64,000 bases of DNA from positions 3,100,001 to 3,164,000 of the forward strand of contig OX337239.1 in the NCBI GenBank assembly GCA_946965045.2. The letters are read 5' to 3'. This DNA is from Epithemia pelagica. Its lineage: Eukaryota > Protista > Bacillariophyta. Made by a program: the position numbers and the translations under genes. Positions 34,492 to 47,520 of the stretch are shown in pieces (position 1 is the stretch's first letter; every line of letters begins with the position of its first letter). Under the pieces are notes generated by a model. The model had not been told where the DNA came from. It made no database searches and saw only the letters and a list, made by a program, of their open reading frames with translations.

Positions 34492-35896
34492 TGGTTGACT
34501 TGTTTTCTACGTTCTATTGCAATCCTAGGACCTAGTATTATAAGTGTAGACTCAAAAGAAGTCGAAACAGTATGTTGCAAGATAGAACGTGCTTGTTTTT
34601 TGTCTAAGGCGTGGAAGAAGCGACCAAATTCTTGTGTCTCGACAAAAGTGGTAATGCCACCAGCATAGATGAGCGACGGTAAGACAAGAATCTGGGGCTT
34701 TGTGGTGGCATCATGGCACTTTGCAGGACGCAGAGTCATCGTCCATGGATCGGGAGCTATATGGCAGGGACACAAATCCAGCAGTGGTGCATTCCAGAAA
34801 GGGAGAGTTTCGCATCGATCTCGTTGTCAAGGGCGGTTTGTCCTCGCCATTTTGTGTTCATTACGATTGAATAGTGCAGAGTAGTTTCCTGTTCGTGACA
34901 GGGCAAATCCATACATGTTTCTTGACATGGCGGGTGCTATGACTGTCAAGAGTCTTCCATTTTCCATTCTGTCGTTTCTTGGCTTGGGATGCTGTTGCTA
35001 CGACGCAATTTTGCTGTTGACCACGACCATTGGCGGATCATATGTTACCATCCCAACAATACTTGAACAGCGCCGAGGGAGACTCTCTGCAGTAATCGGT
35101 TGCGGTATTGGCGAGATTCTTGTCTGGTTTGAGTAAAGAAGCATGTGTAGTCCTTGTTGCATCATCGCCCTCGTCTGTATATGAACCTGGATAATGTTCT
35201 TACTGTTCTGCTTCTGCTTCGGTGCTGGTGTTAACAACAACTCTTTGGTGAAAAAAGGATGGAATCAGTGCTTGCCCTACTACAAAGCGGAAGAATCCGC
35301 ATCGGCTATTGGCCTTGCATGATTTCTTGTTTCGTTCGTTGGCTTGTGATTTGGTTTTTATAACACTCTGGTTCATGTGGTGGTGGCTGGAGTTTGTGCC
35401 TGTGATGTGGTGTCATGGTCGCTATCGACTCGTGTTCTTGATGACATGGGTGGTGCTTGGTTCCTCCTTCTTGGAGCCACAAGTCACTCGATACGGTACA
35501 AGAAGTTGCAGTGCTATACTATGATGGTGGTTTCTGTTTGTGGTGCTGGTGGGCCGTGTTCAAAAATAACCAACTGGTCGTGGAAGTCGTCATTTGGTCC
35601 ATCAGTTTTCGTTACAACGATCAAAACCATTCATTCCTTAGCAGTGGAAATCACGAGAGGGAGGACAAAACGGGATGCCTCTGTTGTGCATGCGACAATT
35701 GTTGTAATTACACTATGACGATACTTTTTTCTAAGTAGACTCGTGCTATTATTCTAGTAGTCGCCACTGGTCTCTAAGTAAAAATCGTCCAGTGTCATTA
35801 TTCTAGTAATTTTTAGTCTTGATCACGTGTAATGGCACTGGAAGAATATGGTCAAGGCTAGATCTACTATCTAGGCACGCTTACACGTCTAAATTC

Positions 35897-36307
35897 TCAA
35901 AGAGGATAGACTGGACCAGAAGCGCTCTGCGAAGGACGAATGTAGGGGTTTCGCACCGGCGGCTGAGGACCGTGTCCACTGGGTTGTGGGATGGCATCTC
36001 CAGTCTTGGGAGCATTCGTAGCCAAGACCCCAGTGAGAGCAGAAGCACGATTCACCTCACTTGTACGATTCACACGGATGTAAGCTGCTTGAGATGTAAG
36101 GGACTTATGGCGTGCAGTGCGGGCAATTTCAGACGGATTCATCCCCGGAGTGTTGGCAAGCGTAGTCAATGCATAGTGTCGTAGCTGTCCGCGTAGGGTA
36201 TTAGGTAGTCCACATCGCGCCAACATGCCATGGTGAGTGTTTCCCTGCTGTTTGATTGTTTTGGCAGAAGAATGAGGGTGCAAATGTGGTCCGGAGGCAA
36301 ATTCCAA
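35897..36307 (-). pseudogene. C-terminal fragment of a tyrosine recombinase (Crypton-like)
   Basis: GQLRHYALTTLANTPG-MNPSEIARTARHKSLTSQAAY matches the spacing of the HxxR...H/W...Y catalytic box II of tyrosine recombinases. The N-terminal domain and box I Arg are not seen. Confidence 0.6.
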
Positions 36308-36561
36308 GCTGGCGTGAGCGCAAGCCCTACTATAGAAAATAATGTTAGACTATACACCATAGTGTGGAAATTTGAATTGTGTCACGCGTCACGCATAGAA
36401 TTTGATGCCAAGGAAAACTTGATGCCAAGGAATACTAGAGGAACATTAGAGGATTTCTACTGGGGATAGCAAATAGCGACTACTAGAATAATAGCACTCG
36501 GTCTACTTTGGAATAAAGTATCGACACTGTATAATTACATTTTTAACTGAGGCTAGGCTAC

Positions 36562-36664
36562 GCTTAGGGCACTCGTGCCGTTACAGCTGTTGGCGCACTC
36601 GTGCGGCAGCTGAAGCTGCACGCACTCGTGCGCCAACAGCTGTAACGGCACTCGTGCCCTAAGC
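36562..36664. repeat. 103-bp near-perfect palindrome with four direct GCACTCGTGC units
   Basis: GCTTAGGGCAC...GTGCCCTAAGC. The arms pair except at the TC cores and the apex. Confidence 0.9.
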
Positions 36665-37526
36665 AACCTACCCTCGTTATATATTGTTGTTTGGGTCCTG
36701 CTGAATTTGCTCTTCGTGTCGTGCTGCTCAACGAACGAGCAGGGCGGCTGTTCCCATTGTTGTTGTTTGGGTGAAACTGTGGTTGTTGTTCTTGTTGTTG
36801 TCGGCATTATCGTAGTACAATCGAGTGACTGTGTTGCCATTGCTCCTTTCCCACACAAGCCAGGAGTTTCGACATCTGTTGGTCGTGCTCCTTGTGTGGC
36901 TTGGTTCATGGTCTCTTGTGGTCAATGAATCCGACAAAAGGACGAAACGGGTGGATTCCAATGTCTGATGATGAGAGAAGCAGTACGACGAAAAACACGA
37001 CAAGCCAAAAACCTTGTGGACCCTGTAGTCCGCTTCTCTTATGGTTGTTTTTGGAAATGGAGCATGGTTGGTTGCTGCTTCTCGACATTCCTCGTCCGTC
37101 GTCTTGTGAAGAACGAATGAACCCTCCTTGACAATCAAGGGGAAGGAAGCAGTCTCTGGACTGACACAACTGGGTCGACAGTGGTTGAATTAAACTTCTA
37201 TGTTTTGTTTTGGTTGTCGATTCTATTAGAATCTCTTTGGCCAACATACGCTTCGTATCCAACAGAAGCACTGGCTCCAAAGCTTCCACGTCCACGTGTA
37301 GTACTCAAACTCCTACCTCCGATCGGGCATGAATGTCAGGGTGTCGCGTGTGTGTCGTGCTTTCTGTGTTTTAATCACTGAGTCACTAATCCTCTTGATT
37401 CCCCCGCTGGGGGCTAGTATAGTAAGGTTACTCTTCTTCAGTCCACACCCATCAGAGCAGCCCACTGCAATCTACACATCAGTCAGTGTCATAAATGCGC
37501 TGCGGTCAACAGAAGGAAGAGTGAAC

Positions 37527-38736
37527 ATGACTCTGAAAGAACAAGCATGGCAGTCGGGCCTTTTCCTTTCAGACGAGACAGCAGAATGGAATGAAAACGA
37601 TTGGCCGCCGCTGGAGGGTGGATGGCGCCGGCATCATGCTACGGTCGTAATTGATCATCCCGAAAAGGAACTCCACAACGACAACAAGGGACAAACGGTC
37701 GTCGTGCTGGGAGGAGTCAACGAAGAATATGATACTACCAACTCCGTTCTTGTTATGACTTTGGAGGGCGAGAACAAGCAGTGGCGAGAAGGGCCACCCA
37801 TGAACAAGGCACGTGATGAACATACCGCTGTTGTTTGCAACGGAGGCGTCTACGTGATGGGAGGATACAATCAAGGTTCGTTGAATTGTATCGAAAGAAT
37901 TGACGTTAAGGATTTGCTGCGATCATCTTTGATATCCAGCACCACACAGGAGAGCCCTTGGACGACATTGACATGCCGATTATCAACGACAAGAAATGGA
38001 TGTTGTGCTGTTGCGGTTCACAACCGATACATCATTGTGTTGGGTGGCTATTGCAACCATCGCTATTTGTCGTCAGTGGATATTATATACCAACAATCAC
38101 ATTGTCACTGCTGGACCATCCATGACTGTTCCACGACAATGGTGTGCCAGTGCGGTCATTGGTCACCGCATGTTTGTAGTTGGAGGCCAAAACAATGTTG
38201 ACTATCTTGACTCGGTGGAGTATTTGGAATTTTCAAAGCCTGGTGACAATGAAGAGACAAAGAAGCAGACTGGCTTGACATTGAGTACTTTCTCGTCCAC
38301 CTGGATCACTAATTCTGATTTGGTGCTTTCCAATGCACGAAGTTCTTGTGCAATGGTTGCCGTGGGATCTTGTCTGGTTGTTGCAGGAGGATGGTTCAAT
38401 TCAACCGTGGAAGTCTTGGATACGAAGCGCAACCACGTGTGGAATCTTCCACCATTCGGAAATCACCGTGTTGGCTGCAATATGGTGACTGTTTCCAATC
38501 AAGTTGCCGTGATTGGTGGATATCGCAATCCTACCTGTGCGACATTCCCATTAATGGACAAGAATGCATGGTGTTTTCGTCGACTCTGTGAGCAGCAATC
38601 GAACGGATGGTATCATTCTCTTGAAGGTATGGGTATCCGAGATGCTTATATCTCACCCTTCTCCACATCGACATTAGCTTGTAAACGCGCAAGGTCCAAT
38701 ACTCACCTCGGTGATAAAGGAGAGGATGAAACTTGA
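37527..38736 (+). pseudogene. Kelch-repeat copy K6, frameshifted
   Basis: ATG at 37527 (MTLKEQAW). A 2-bp loss near 38086 (gatattat-ataccaac vs gatattatTGataccaac) shifts into the 37996-38736 frame. Confidence 0.85.
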
Positions 38737-41288
38737 AATCTGCTCCGTATTGCATGTATGTCAGTTCTCAAACCGTAGATGTATTGTTTTATTCATGACA
38801 TTGCGAACTATTATTGAGATATCATGTACTCCATTGTAAAGTTACACCATAGTGGAGCCAGTCCTTGGGTAGATGTCCATGGGACCATGCCTCTCTGCTG
38901 TTGAAAAGGTCGAGTTATCATGCTGTGGAGGATTATGGTTGCGCGCCGTCAACGCTTGGCGCAGTGACTCGTTTGGACGGTCGACCATGCGTTAAGCTGT
39001 GGGGTCCGGTCCTTCTATGGCCCATGCCCCTTTGGAATTTGTGACACCGACGTGTGTTCGATATTTTCTCCAATACAGCAACTTTACTTTATCATGAGGT
39101 CGGCAAATTGATTGCGTCGATCCAGCAATCAGTCTCTCCGTAGTGGCTCGTTGACAGTCCATGGGTATCAGTCCATGGGGATCCACAAGAACAATCGCAG
39201 TGTGCAAGGTTATGTCTTGCCCCTCAATGCCAGTTCCGCCGAAACCTTGTTGCACGATTGCAACACTGTCGAACAGCACTGTTGGACATGGACCACTACA
39301 ACGTTTGTGCCTCGTACAGCACCACCAAAACCACGACCCGCGCCGATCATGCCTTGGCTGTAGTCTACTAGAACTTGTTTTGTTGTCGTTGTTCTTCTTC
39401 GTTGGATTCTGGTTGGTGTTGCTGCCTTGTCGTTCCACATCAACACCCAGCTTGAATCTTCGTATGCAGGCTTGAAGGGGCGATGCCACCCTTTCCCATG
39501 ATCAATTCTTCACTACTCCAATCGGACGCGTCGGGAGGGAGTTGAATAGCGTTCCATACTTCAATCCATAGTACTGCGCTCCTCGTCACCGGCGCAACTA
39601 CCTCCAATGGGGCGACTTTGTGATCGATTCAGCAGGTCCTCATGGTGTCATGTCGAGAAAGGGTCCACATAATTGGCGACCAGACTGCCATGCGGTGCCA
39701 CAATATAAAGAGATTTGCGTGGTCTTGTTGTTGATCCTCGTTCCACGAAAGACATGTGGATGAGGAAGCATACCATCGCCCTAGTGCTCTTCTTTTTGTT
39801 GTTCTGTTTTTTGTTGCACTAGACCTCCTGTTGCGAATCGAAAGCCAAGGTACGATTTCTAGCTTGTTGCGATGAAAGTTGTCATTGAGTATGTTCATCG
39901 TTCATCTGGTTAGAGTCTTCTTTAGAGTCTTTCTCCACGGGAGACATGAGAGCAAGTCACAGCAGAAAGGCTGCCAGAAGGCGTGAAAAGGTCAATCTCC
40001 GAAGCCAAAGACGGCGACGACGGCGGTGCTGATGGTATCTTTTATCTTTTTGTCGTTCGTTTCAATGGATATTCCCCCAAACTGATGTGGAGTCCCCCTC
40101 CCCCAAAATCTTGGTCGCGGAATGAGGACAAAGGAATGGCTCGCAGAGGCGCGCCGACCAAGACCAGCCCTGTCACACTATTCTGTCCTGTGCTCACAGG
40201 CGCGCCGACCGAGACGAGCAGTTCCACTCTTTCCTCTATTCGAAAAAGGAGCGGACAAAACTGACAATTGCTCTCGTCGCCAAGACGACCACTCTACAAT
40301 AGAACCTACTGCCACACTCCATGGGAAACCATGGAATCGTTCGTTACGAGCAATTTATGAGACTCTGCCAGTGACGAGGCATGTACTTCTCTTCTTCCTT
40401 TTCTTGGTGAAAGACTACGAAGATTGTCGCAAGGAAAAAGACCAACCATATGAAGGCGCTTTGAATGAAATGGAACAAGGGAGAACAACAACGACCATTC
40501 CACAAAAGTGGTAGCACCGAGGATGCAGAAGCGTTGACGATGCGTCATTCCTCATCCACAAAACTCCCTCTGCAAGCTTGTCTGCCTCCAGGGTGCTGCC
40601 CAAGACCCCACATTGATGCTGGTGTACAATCGTTGTTGGTGAGACTCTCTCGATCAACCAAGTGACCCCTCCAGTTTGTCATCTTCCCAAAAACTCCTAA
40701 CGCTACATGAGCAACAAGAAAAGAACCCGAGCGACCCGCCATGGGCCAATGCAAACATGGTGATAGCGAGTACTCTTCTGATTTACCGCATTCATCCTCA
40801 AAAAGATCAGCAATGATTGGTACATGGAATCTCGTGTTTCGTGTAAACAACATCACCATCCCATGGGTCCCTCTGTAAGAAGAGTAGTTGTGGTTATTGA
40901 AAGCAGAGGCTCGACAAGTAGGATTGCAAAGAGATCCTCTAGTCATGAGCGCCCACGAAGAACGAAAAACCTATGGATATGAGAAAGAACTGGATAGGAG
41001 CCATACATATCAGTGGTCGTCTGTCTCGCCATGAGGTTTATTTCGGTATCCAAAAACTTTTATGGAACTCGAAACAAGAATGCGTGATCATCTTCATTGC
41101 GTGGCTACGGTCACGATTTGTCTCGTGACGAAAGCTCCTACCCCTCTTTGGTCCATCCATTTCGTCAAGTCAGTCGTGCTTCCAGTCCGCACCCATCAGA
41201 ATCACAGGAGCAGAGCAAACCCTCTAACCACTAACACAATACAGTGTCTCGGTCCTCATAAATTTGCTGCTATTAATATTTTGGAGCA

Positions 41289-42431
41289 ATGAGCACGACA
41301 CTGAAAGAACAAGCATGGCAGTCGGGCCTTTTCTTATCGAAAGAGACAGCACAATGGAATGAAAATGATTGGCCTCCTCTCGAGGGTGGATGGCGTGACG
41401 AACATGCGACAGTCGTACTAGATCATCCCGATACGGACAACGACAACAACAACAAGAGACAAACCGTCGTCGTGTTGGGTGGATATCAAGCAGATCAGGG
41501 CAGTCTCGATTCCATTCTTGTATTGAACGTGACAGCACCGGACAAGCACTGGCGAGAAGGGCCATCAATGAACAAGAGTCATCGAGGACATGCCGCTGTT
41601 GGGTGCAACGGAGGCGTCTATGTGATAGGAGGATACAATGGAAGATTATATTTAGATTGTATCGAAAGAATTGACGTAAAGGATTTGCTGCGATCATCTT
41701 CGACATCCAGCACCACACAGGAGAGCCCTTGGACGACATTGGCATGTCGATTATCAACGGGACGGTTTGGATGTTGTGCTGCTGTGGTTCACAACCGATA
41801 TATCGTTGTAATGGGTGGCTCTTACAACCATCGCTATTTGTCGTCGGTGGATATTATCGATACCAGCAATGACGCTGTCATTGCGGGACCATCCATGACT
41901 GCTCCACGACAATGGTGTGCCAGTGCCGTTATTGGCCACCGCATCTTTGTCGTTGGAGGCCGTAACGAGAACGGCCAACTTGACTCGGTGGAGTATTTGG
42001 ACTTTGCAGAGGAGACACAAAACGACACTTTGTCAACAGTCATTTCCTTCTCATCCAGTTGGATCACCCATTCTGATTTGGTGCTTCCGAACCCTCGAGC
42101 TTATTGTGCAATGGTTGCCGTGGGATCTTGTCTTATTGTGGCCGGAGGAAGCCGTCAAACCGTGGAAGTGTTGGATACGCACCGCAACCGCGTTTGGAAT
42201 CTCCCATCACTCGGAAATGACCGCTTTGACTGCACTATGGTGGCTGTTGCCAATCAAGTTGCCGTGATTGGTGGTGGATTCAATCCTACCTGTGCAACAT
42301 TACCGCTACTGGACAAGAATTCGTGGTGTTTTCGACAACTCTGTGAGCAGCAGCCCAACGGATGGTATCATTCTCTTGAAGGTGCTGATATCCGAGATGA
42401 AGATATCTCACCCTTCTTCACATCGACATGA
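41289..42431 (+). CDS. Kelch-repeat protein, copy K7
   Basis: 380-aa open six-blade paralog. Confidence 0.9.
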   Translation: MSTTLKEQAWQSGLFLSKETAQWNENDWPPLEGGWRDEHATVVLDHPDTDNDNNNKRQTVVVLGGYQADQGSLDSILVLNVTAPDKHWREGPSMNKSHRGHAAVGCNGGVYVIGGYNGRLYLDCIERIDVKDLLRSSSTSSTTQESPWTTLACRLSTGRFGCCAAVVHNRYIVVMGGSYNHRYLSSVDIIDTSNDAVIAGPSMTAPRQWCASAVIGHRIFVVGGRNENGQLDSVEYLDFAEETQNDTLSTVISFSSSWITHSDLVLPNPRAYCAMVAVGSCLIVAGGSRQTVEVLDTHRNRVWNLPSLGNDRFDCTMVAVANQVAVIGGGFNPTCATLPLLDKNSWCFRQLCEQQPNGWYHSLEGADIRDEDISPFFTST

Positions 42432-44748
42432 GCTCGTCAACGCGCAAGGTTCAATACTCACCGTGGTGACAAAGGGACAGATGAAGCCTCGACGTTTTGT
42501 TCTCAAGTCATTAACTTGTTTCTACGTTCCTTTGCAATCCTAGGACCTAGTAATTGGTTACTCAAAAGTAGAAAGAACATGTTGCAAGATAGAAGGTGCT
42601 TGTTTGTTGTCGATGGCGTGGAAGGAACGACCAAATTTTTGTGTCGCTACAAGTGGTAATGCCACCAGCATGGTTGTGCGACCGAGAGACAAGAATCTAG
42701 GGCTTTGTGGTGGCATCATGGGACACAGAGTCATCGTCCATGGATTGGTAGCTATATGGCAGGGAGAAAGGGAAAGTTTCGCATCGATGTCGTAGTCAAG
42801 GGCAATCCGCTTTGTCCTCGCCATTTGGTGTTCCTGACGATTGAATAGTGCAGAGTAGTTTTCTTGTTCGTGACAGGGCAAATCCATACATGTTTCTTGA
42901 CATGGCGGGTGCTGTGACTGTCAAGGGTGCTCCATCCTGTCGTTTCTTGGCTTGGGATGATCGTGTGACGACACAATTCTGCTGTGGACCACGACCATTG
43001 GCGGATCATATTTGACCATCCAAACAATACCTGAAGAACGCCAAGGGAGACTCTCCGCGTTGGTTGATTGCGGTATTGGCAGAATTCTTGTCTGGGTTGA
43101 GTTGCGGACCCTGTTGCATCGGTGTGTTCCTCCTCTGTATATGAACCTGGATAATGTTCTTGCTGTTCTGCTGCTGCTTCGGTGCTGGTGTTAACAACAA
43201 CTCTTTGGTGAAAAAAGGATGGAACCAGTGTTTGCCCTACTACAAAAGTGGAAGACTCCGCATCGACTATTGGCCTTGCATGATTTCTCGTTTTGTTCGT
43301 TGGGTTGTGATTTGTTTTTTATAACACTCTGGTTCATGTTATTGTGGCTGGAGTTTGTGCCTTCGCTCGTGTTCTTGATGAGATGGGTGGTGCTTGGTTC
43401 CTCTTTCTTTGAACCACAAGTCACTCGACACGGTAAACAAAGTAGTTGCAGTGCTACTGTGTTGGTGGTTTCTGTTTGTGGTGCTGGTGGGCCGTGTTCA
43501 AAAATAACCAACTGGTTGTGGAAGTCGTCATTTGGTCCATCAGTTTTCGTTGCAACGATCAAAACCCTTCATTCCTTAGCAGTGGAAATCACGAGAGGGA
43601 GGGCAAAGCGGGATGCCTCTGTTGTGCATGCGACAATTGTTGCTGTTTGGGTCCTGTTGAGTTTTCTCTTCTTGTCGTGCTGCTCCACGAACGAGCAGGA
43701 CGGCTGTTCCCATTGTTGTTGTTTGGGTGTAGCTGTGGTTGTTGTTCTTGTTGTTGTCGGCATTATCGTAGTACAATCGAATGACTGTGTTGCCATTGCT
43801 CCTTTCCCGCCACGAACCACGAGTTTCGACATCTGTTGGTCGTGCTCCTTGTATGGCTTGGTTCATGGTCTCTTGTGGTCAATGAATCCGACAAAAGGAC
43901 GAAACGGGTGGATTCCAATGTCTGATGATGAGAGAAGCAGTACGACGAAAAAACACGACAAGCGAAAACCTTGTGGACCTGATGTTGTCCGCTTCTCTGA
44001 TGGTTCTTTTTGGAAATCGAGCATGGTTGGTTGGTTGCTGCTTCTCTACATTCCTCGTCCGTCGTCTTGTGAAGAACGAATCATTATTGATCGAGCAAAG
44101 ATGGAATGGAACCGTCCTTGACAATCAAGGGGAAGGAAGGAGTCTCTGGACTGACGCAACTGGGTCGACAGTGGTTGAATTAAACTTGCTGCTGGTGCGA
44201 TCGTCGTTTTGTGGCAGTGGAACGAGAAATTCATGGCCTTATCGGCACAGGTGCCAAATCCACCAATCGCGGTGCTTCGAGGATAGTTTTGTGCCGTATA
44301 TCGAGACTGAAACCAGTCCATCCGCATTCTCTGATGTGAATTGAGACGCCAGGCACGAGACAATGCAATTCACATTCGTCAACAGTCCGGATGTACCCAT
44401 AGTTGGAATCCAATCCATGATGTTTTGTTTGTATTTGGGCAAAAGATGTGTGTGTGGTGTTATGTACGTACCCGACAAAAGCACTGGCTCGAAAGCTTCC
44501 ACGTGTAGTACTCAGACGCCTACCTCCGATCGCACATGAATGTAAGGGTAGGTCGCGTGTGTGTCGTGCTTTCTGTTTTCTAACCACTGAGTCACTAATC
44601 CTCATGATTCCCCCGCTGGGGCTTAGAGTATAGTACTCTTCTTTTTCCAGTCCACACCCATCCGAGCAGCCCACTGCAATCAACACAGTCAGTGTGTGCT
44701 CCTTTGATCCTCATAAATGCGCTGCGGTCAACAAAAGGAAGACTGAGC

Positions 44749-45837
44749 ATGACTCTGAAAGAACAAGCATGGCAGTCGGGCCTTTTCCTTTCAGACGAGA
44801 CAGCAGAATGGAATGAAAACGACTGGCCTCCTCTTCAGGGTGGATGGCGTTATCTTCATGCTACGGTCGTACTCGATCATCTCGACAAGGAACTCCACAA
44901 CGACAACAACAACGGACAAACTGTTGTCGTGTTGGGAGGACATCAACAAGGTCAAGGTGATGTCAATCCCGTGCTGTTATTGAATCTGGCAGACCCAGAC
45001 AAGCAATGGCGAGAAGGAACGCCCTTGAACAAGAAACGTTCTGGACATGCCGCTGCTGTGTGCAACGGAGCCGTCTACGTGATGGGAGGATACGATGAAG
45101 GTCCATTGGATTCTATTGAGCGAATCGATGCCAATGATTTGCTGCAATCACCTTTAACAACCAGCAACAAACATGAGACGCATTGGACGACATTGACATG
45201 TCGCTTATCAACGACAAGAAATGGATGTTGTGCTGTTGCGGTGCACAACCGATACATTGTTGTAATGGGTGGATGGGATGGAAGGCAAAGGTTGTCGTCG
45301 GTGGATATTATTGATACCAGGAACCACACTGTCACTCCGGGGCCAAGCATGGCTGTTCCTCGATCTTTTTGTGCCAGTGCGGTCATTGGCCACCGCATCT
45401 TTGTCGTTGGAGGCCAAAACACTGATGACTATCTTGACTCGGTGGAGTATTTGGACTTTGCAACACCCTCTGACAATCGCGAGACAAAAAATGAAACTGG
45501 ATCTACATTCATTTCCTTCTCATCCACCTGGATCACTCATTCTGATTTGGCGCTTTCCAATGCACGAGGTTCTTGTGCAATGGTTGCCGTGGGATCCTGT
45601 CTGGTTGTGGCGGGAGGATGGCACAATTCAAACGTGGAAGTCTTGGATACGCACCACAGCCGCGTGTGGAATCTCCCACCATTCGGAATTAACCGTGACG
45701 ACCTTAGTATAGTGTCTGTTGCCAACCAGGTAGCCGCGATTGGTGGATGGGAGAATCATTCCTGTGCAACATTGCCACTCATGGATAGGAATTCGTGGTG
45801 TTTTCGTCGACTCTGTGAGCAGCAGCTCAACGGATAG
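44749..45837 (+). CDS. Kelch-repeat protein, copy K8 (tail truncated)
   Basis: ATG at 44749 and six blades intact. A TAG replaces the Trp codon of the conserved NG-W tail motif. Confidence 0.85.
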   Translation: MTLKEQAWQSGLFLSDETAEWNENDWPPLQGGWRYLHATVVLDHLDKELHNDNNNGQTVVVLGGHQQGQGDVNPVLLLNLADPDKQWREGTPLNKKRSGHAAAVCNGAVYVMGGYDEGPLDSIERIDANDLLQSPLTTSNKHETHWTTLTCRLSTTRNGCCAVAVHNRYIVVMGGWDGRQRLSSVDIIDTRNHTVTPGPSMAVPRSFCASAVIGHRIFVVGGQNTDDYLDSVEYLDFATPSDNRETKNETGSTFISFSSTWITHSDLALSNARGSCAMVAVGSCLVVAGGWHNSNVEVLDTHHSRVWNLPPFGINRDDLSIVSVANQVAAIGGWENHSCATLPLMDRNSWCFRRLCEQQLNG

Positions 45838-45979
45838 TATCATTTTCGGGATGGAATGGATATCGGACATGCTCATATTTCACCCTTCTGTTTTCGTCGA
45901 CTCTGTGAGCAGCAGCTCAACGGATTGTATCATTTTCGGGATGGAATGCACCCTTCTCCTTCTCGACATCGGCTCGTAA

Positions 45980-47520
45980 ACTAGCAAGGCCCGATACACG
46001 TTATGGTGATGAAGGCAGGGATGAAACTTGAAGTGGGCATCACGTTGCATTATTATCCTACAATGGTGAAACTATCAAATAATCATTTGATCTCAAACAG
46101 TTTTCTTATTATCTGATACCTGTGGAATTATCATGTGAGTCCTTATAGTAGAAATGGCATGTACGGGAAAACTTCACTGTTCCAAAACGACAAAACAATG
46201 TCATGGATTCTGCAGAGTTTTGCTCTGTGTTGAGTACTATTCTTGTCGTATTGTTGAGTACTTTGGCAGTCCCTGCGGTGTTTCTCCGTGGCAAGTAATA
46301 CTCCCTTGCACCACTCGTTTCCATCCTCGGAATGCATAGTTTCCCTTTCATAACAGGGAGTGACTGTGGAGACAGACAGAGGCGCGCTATCGGAGCTTCC
46401 TGATCTAACCAAGCATCAATGACGGTGAGCGTTTGCTGTGGCTACGGTTGATTGTTTTCTTGCCTTGAGAAAGTGGTGGCCGGAACCGAGGTCGATGGTT
46501 CGGACGTCAATGGCAAAAAGGGTTTTGGGTAAGTAAACGTCTGGGAGACCATGTTGTGTGGGACTGTCTGAACAACAAGTATGTCCCCGAGCGAGTGGAA
46601 TTCAACACCATGACCAAGAAACGGACATGTGCACCATGGCCAAATCGGACGTCAGGTCAGCGAGACGTTTCACCTTGAGCATGACAAACTCAAAAAGGAT
46701 AGGTGATGATTGTCAGTTAGAACCCAAAAACGCGCGGTGGAACCAGACCAACTAGACTACCCAATGTGAGATATTGTCCATCTTGCTTCTGTGCGGGTAA
46801 ACAGAGCGGTGTAGCATCCCAATTCCCGAGTGGCGCAAAGTCTTCAATGGCATTCAATCCTGCCGTCTTTTTCAATCAATGCGCGGCGACTATATAGCAT
46901 ACTCTCCAGGGTTTGGAAGTCGCTGCTGTCGAATCCTTTCCATAATCGCAGAGCGTGTGGAGCCGGCAAACACGATATGCATCCAAACGCGCAAGCGTCG
47001 TCTTGGAAGATGATCAATGGTTGAAAAAGATACCGACACAGAAGAACCAAGGTCACGCCCGTCCAACGAGCAAGGGTAGCTTGAGAGGTCATTATTGCAT
47101 TACCGCTCCGACCTCATTGAAAGAAAATTCATGCCTTTGCCCGCTTTTGTACAAAGATCGAAGACTTACATTCGGACGAATACTGGTGGGAGGTGGACAG
47201 TGCGGAGTGGCACACGAGATCAAAACACTTGAATTGACCGGTCTGCAAGCCTGAATGACCGATGCGAAAGGCGTGGAATTGTTCTGCAAGGGAATTGTCG
47301 GCGGTGGAAATCGGACAATGCTTCATCACCACCATCATGCTACTTTCCCTGTTTCTTGGTTCGAACGAGAGACTGCGACAACCCCACCGTCAATTCGAAA
47401 CAACAACCACAAGACAATGAGCATCAATATGTTCCATTTCATTCCAGTGTTGTTGTTTGGTTTCTTTCTCTCTGGTTCGTGTGGTGAGCCCAACGAGACG
47501 ACACTGCGTCACATCCTCCC
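45980..47520 (+). repeat. Downstream block duplicated at about 62650-64000 (part also at about 30190-30400)
   Basis: Shared text from gcaaggcccgatacacg through aagaaccaaggtcacgcccgtcc to cccaacgagacgacactgcgtcacatcc. Confidence 0.85.

Larger units (their letters stand above)
35705..36682. mobile_element. Composite insertion: about 830-bp TIR-bounded segment with a tyrosine-recombinase fragment, plus a palindromic hairpin
   Basis: Absent from the paralogous spacer at about 43625-43650. About 60-bp inverted repeats at 35705-35764 and 36476-36537. ATTGTTG flanks both sides (35698-35704, 36683-36689). Confidence 0.75.
34880..37526 (+). repeat. Spacer block duplicated at about 42860-44748
   Basis: Colinear from gttcgtgacagggcaaatccatacatg to the K6/K8 start. 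The first copy carries the 35705-36682 insertion; the second has extra sequence near 44190-44470. Confidence 0.85.

Noticed and set aside
36562-36664. CRISPR-like array from four GCACTCGTGC repeats
   Set aside because: The repeats are 10 bp, the spacers are mutual inverted repeats, there are no cas genes and the context is eukaryotic.
43219-44121. 300-aa hydrophobic ORF suggesting a membrane protein
   Set aside because: It derives from GTT/TGT-rich spacer sequence, and the paralogous block at 35.2-37.1 kb is not open in the same way.
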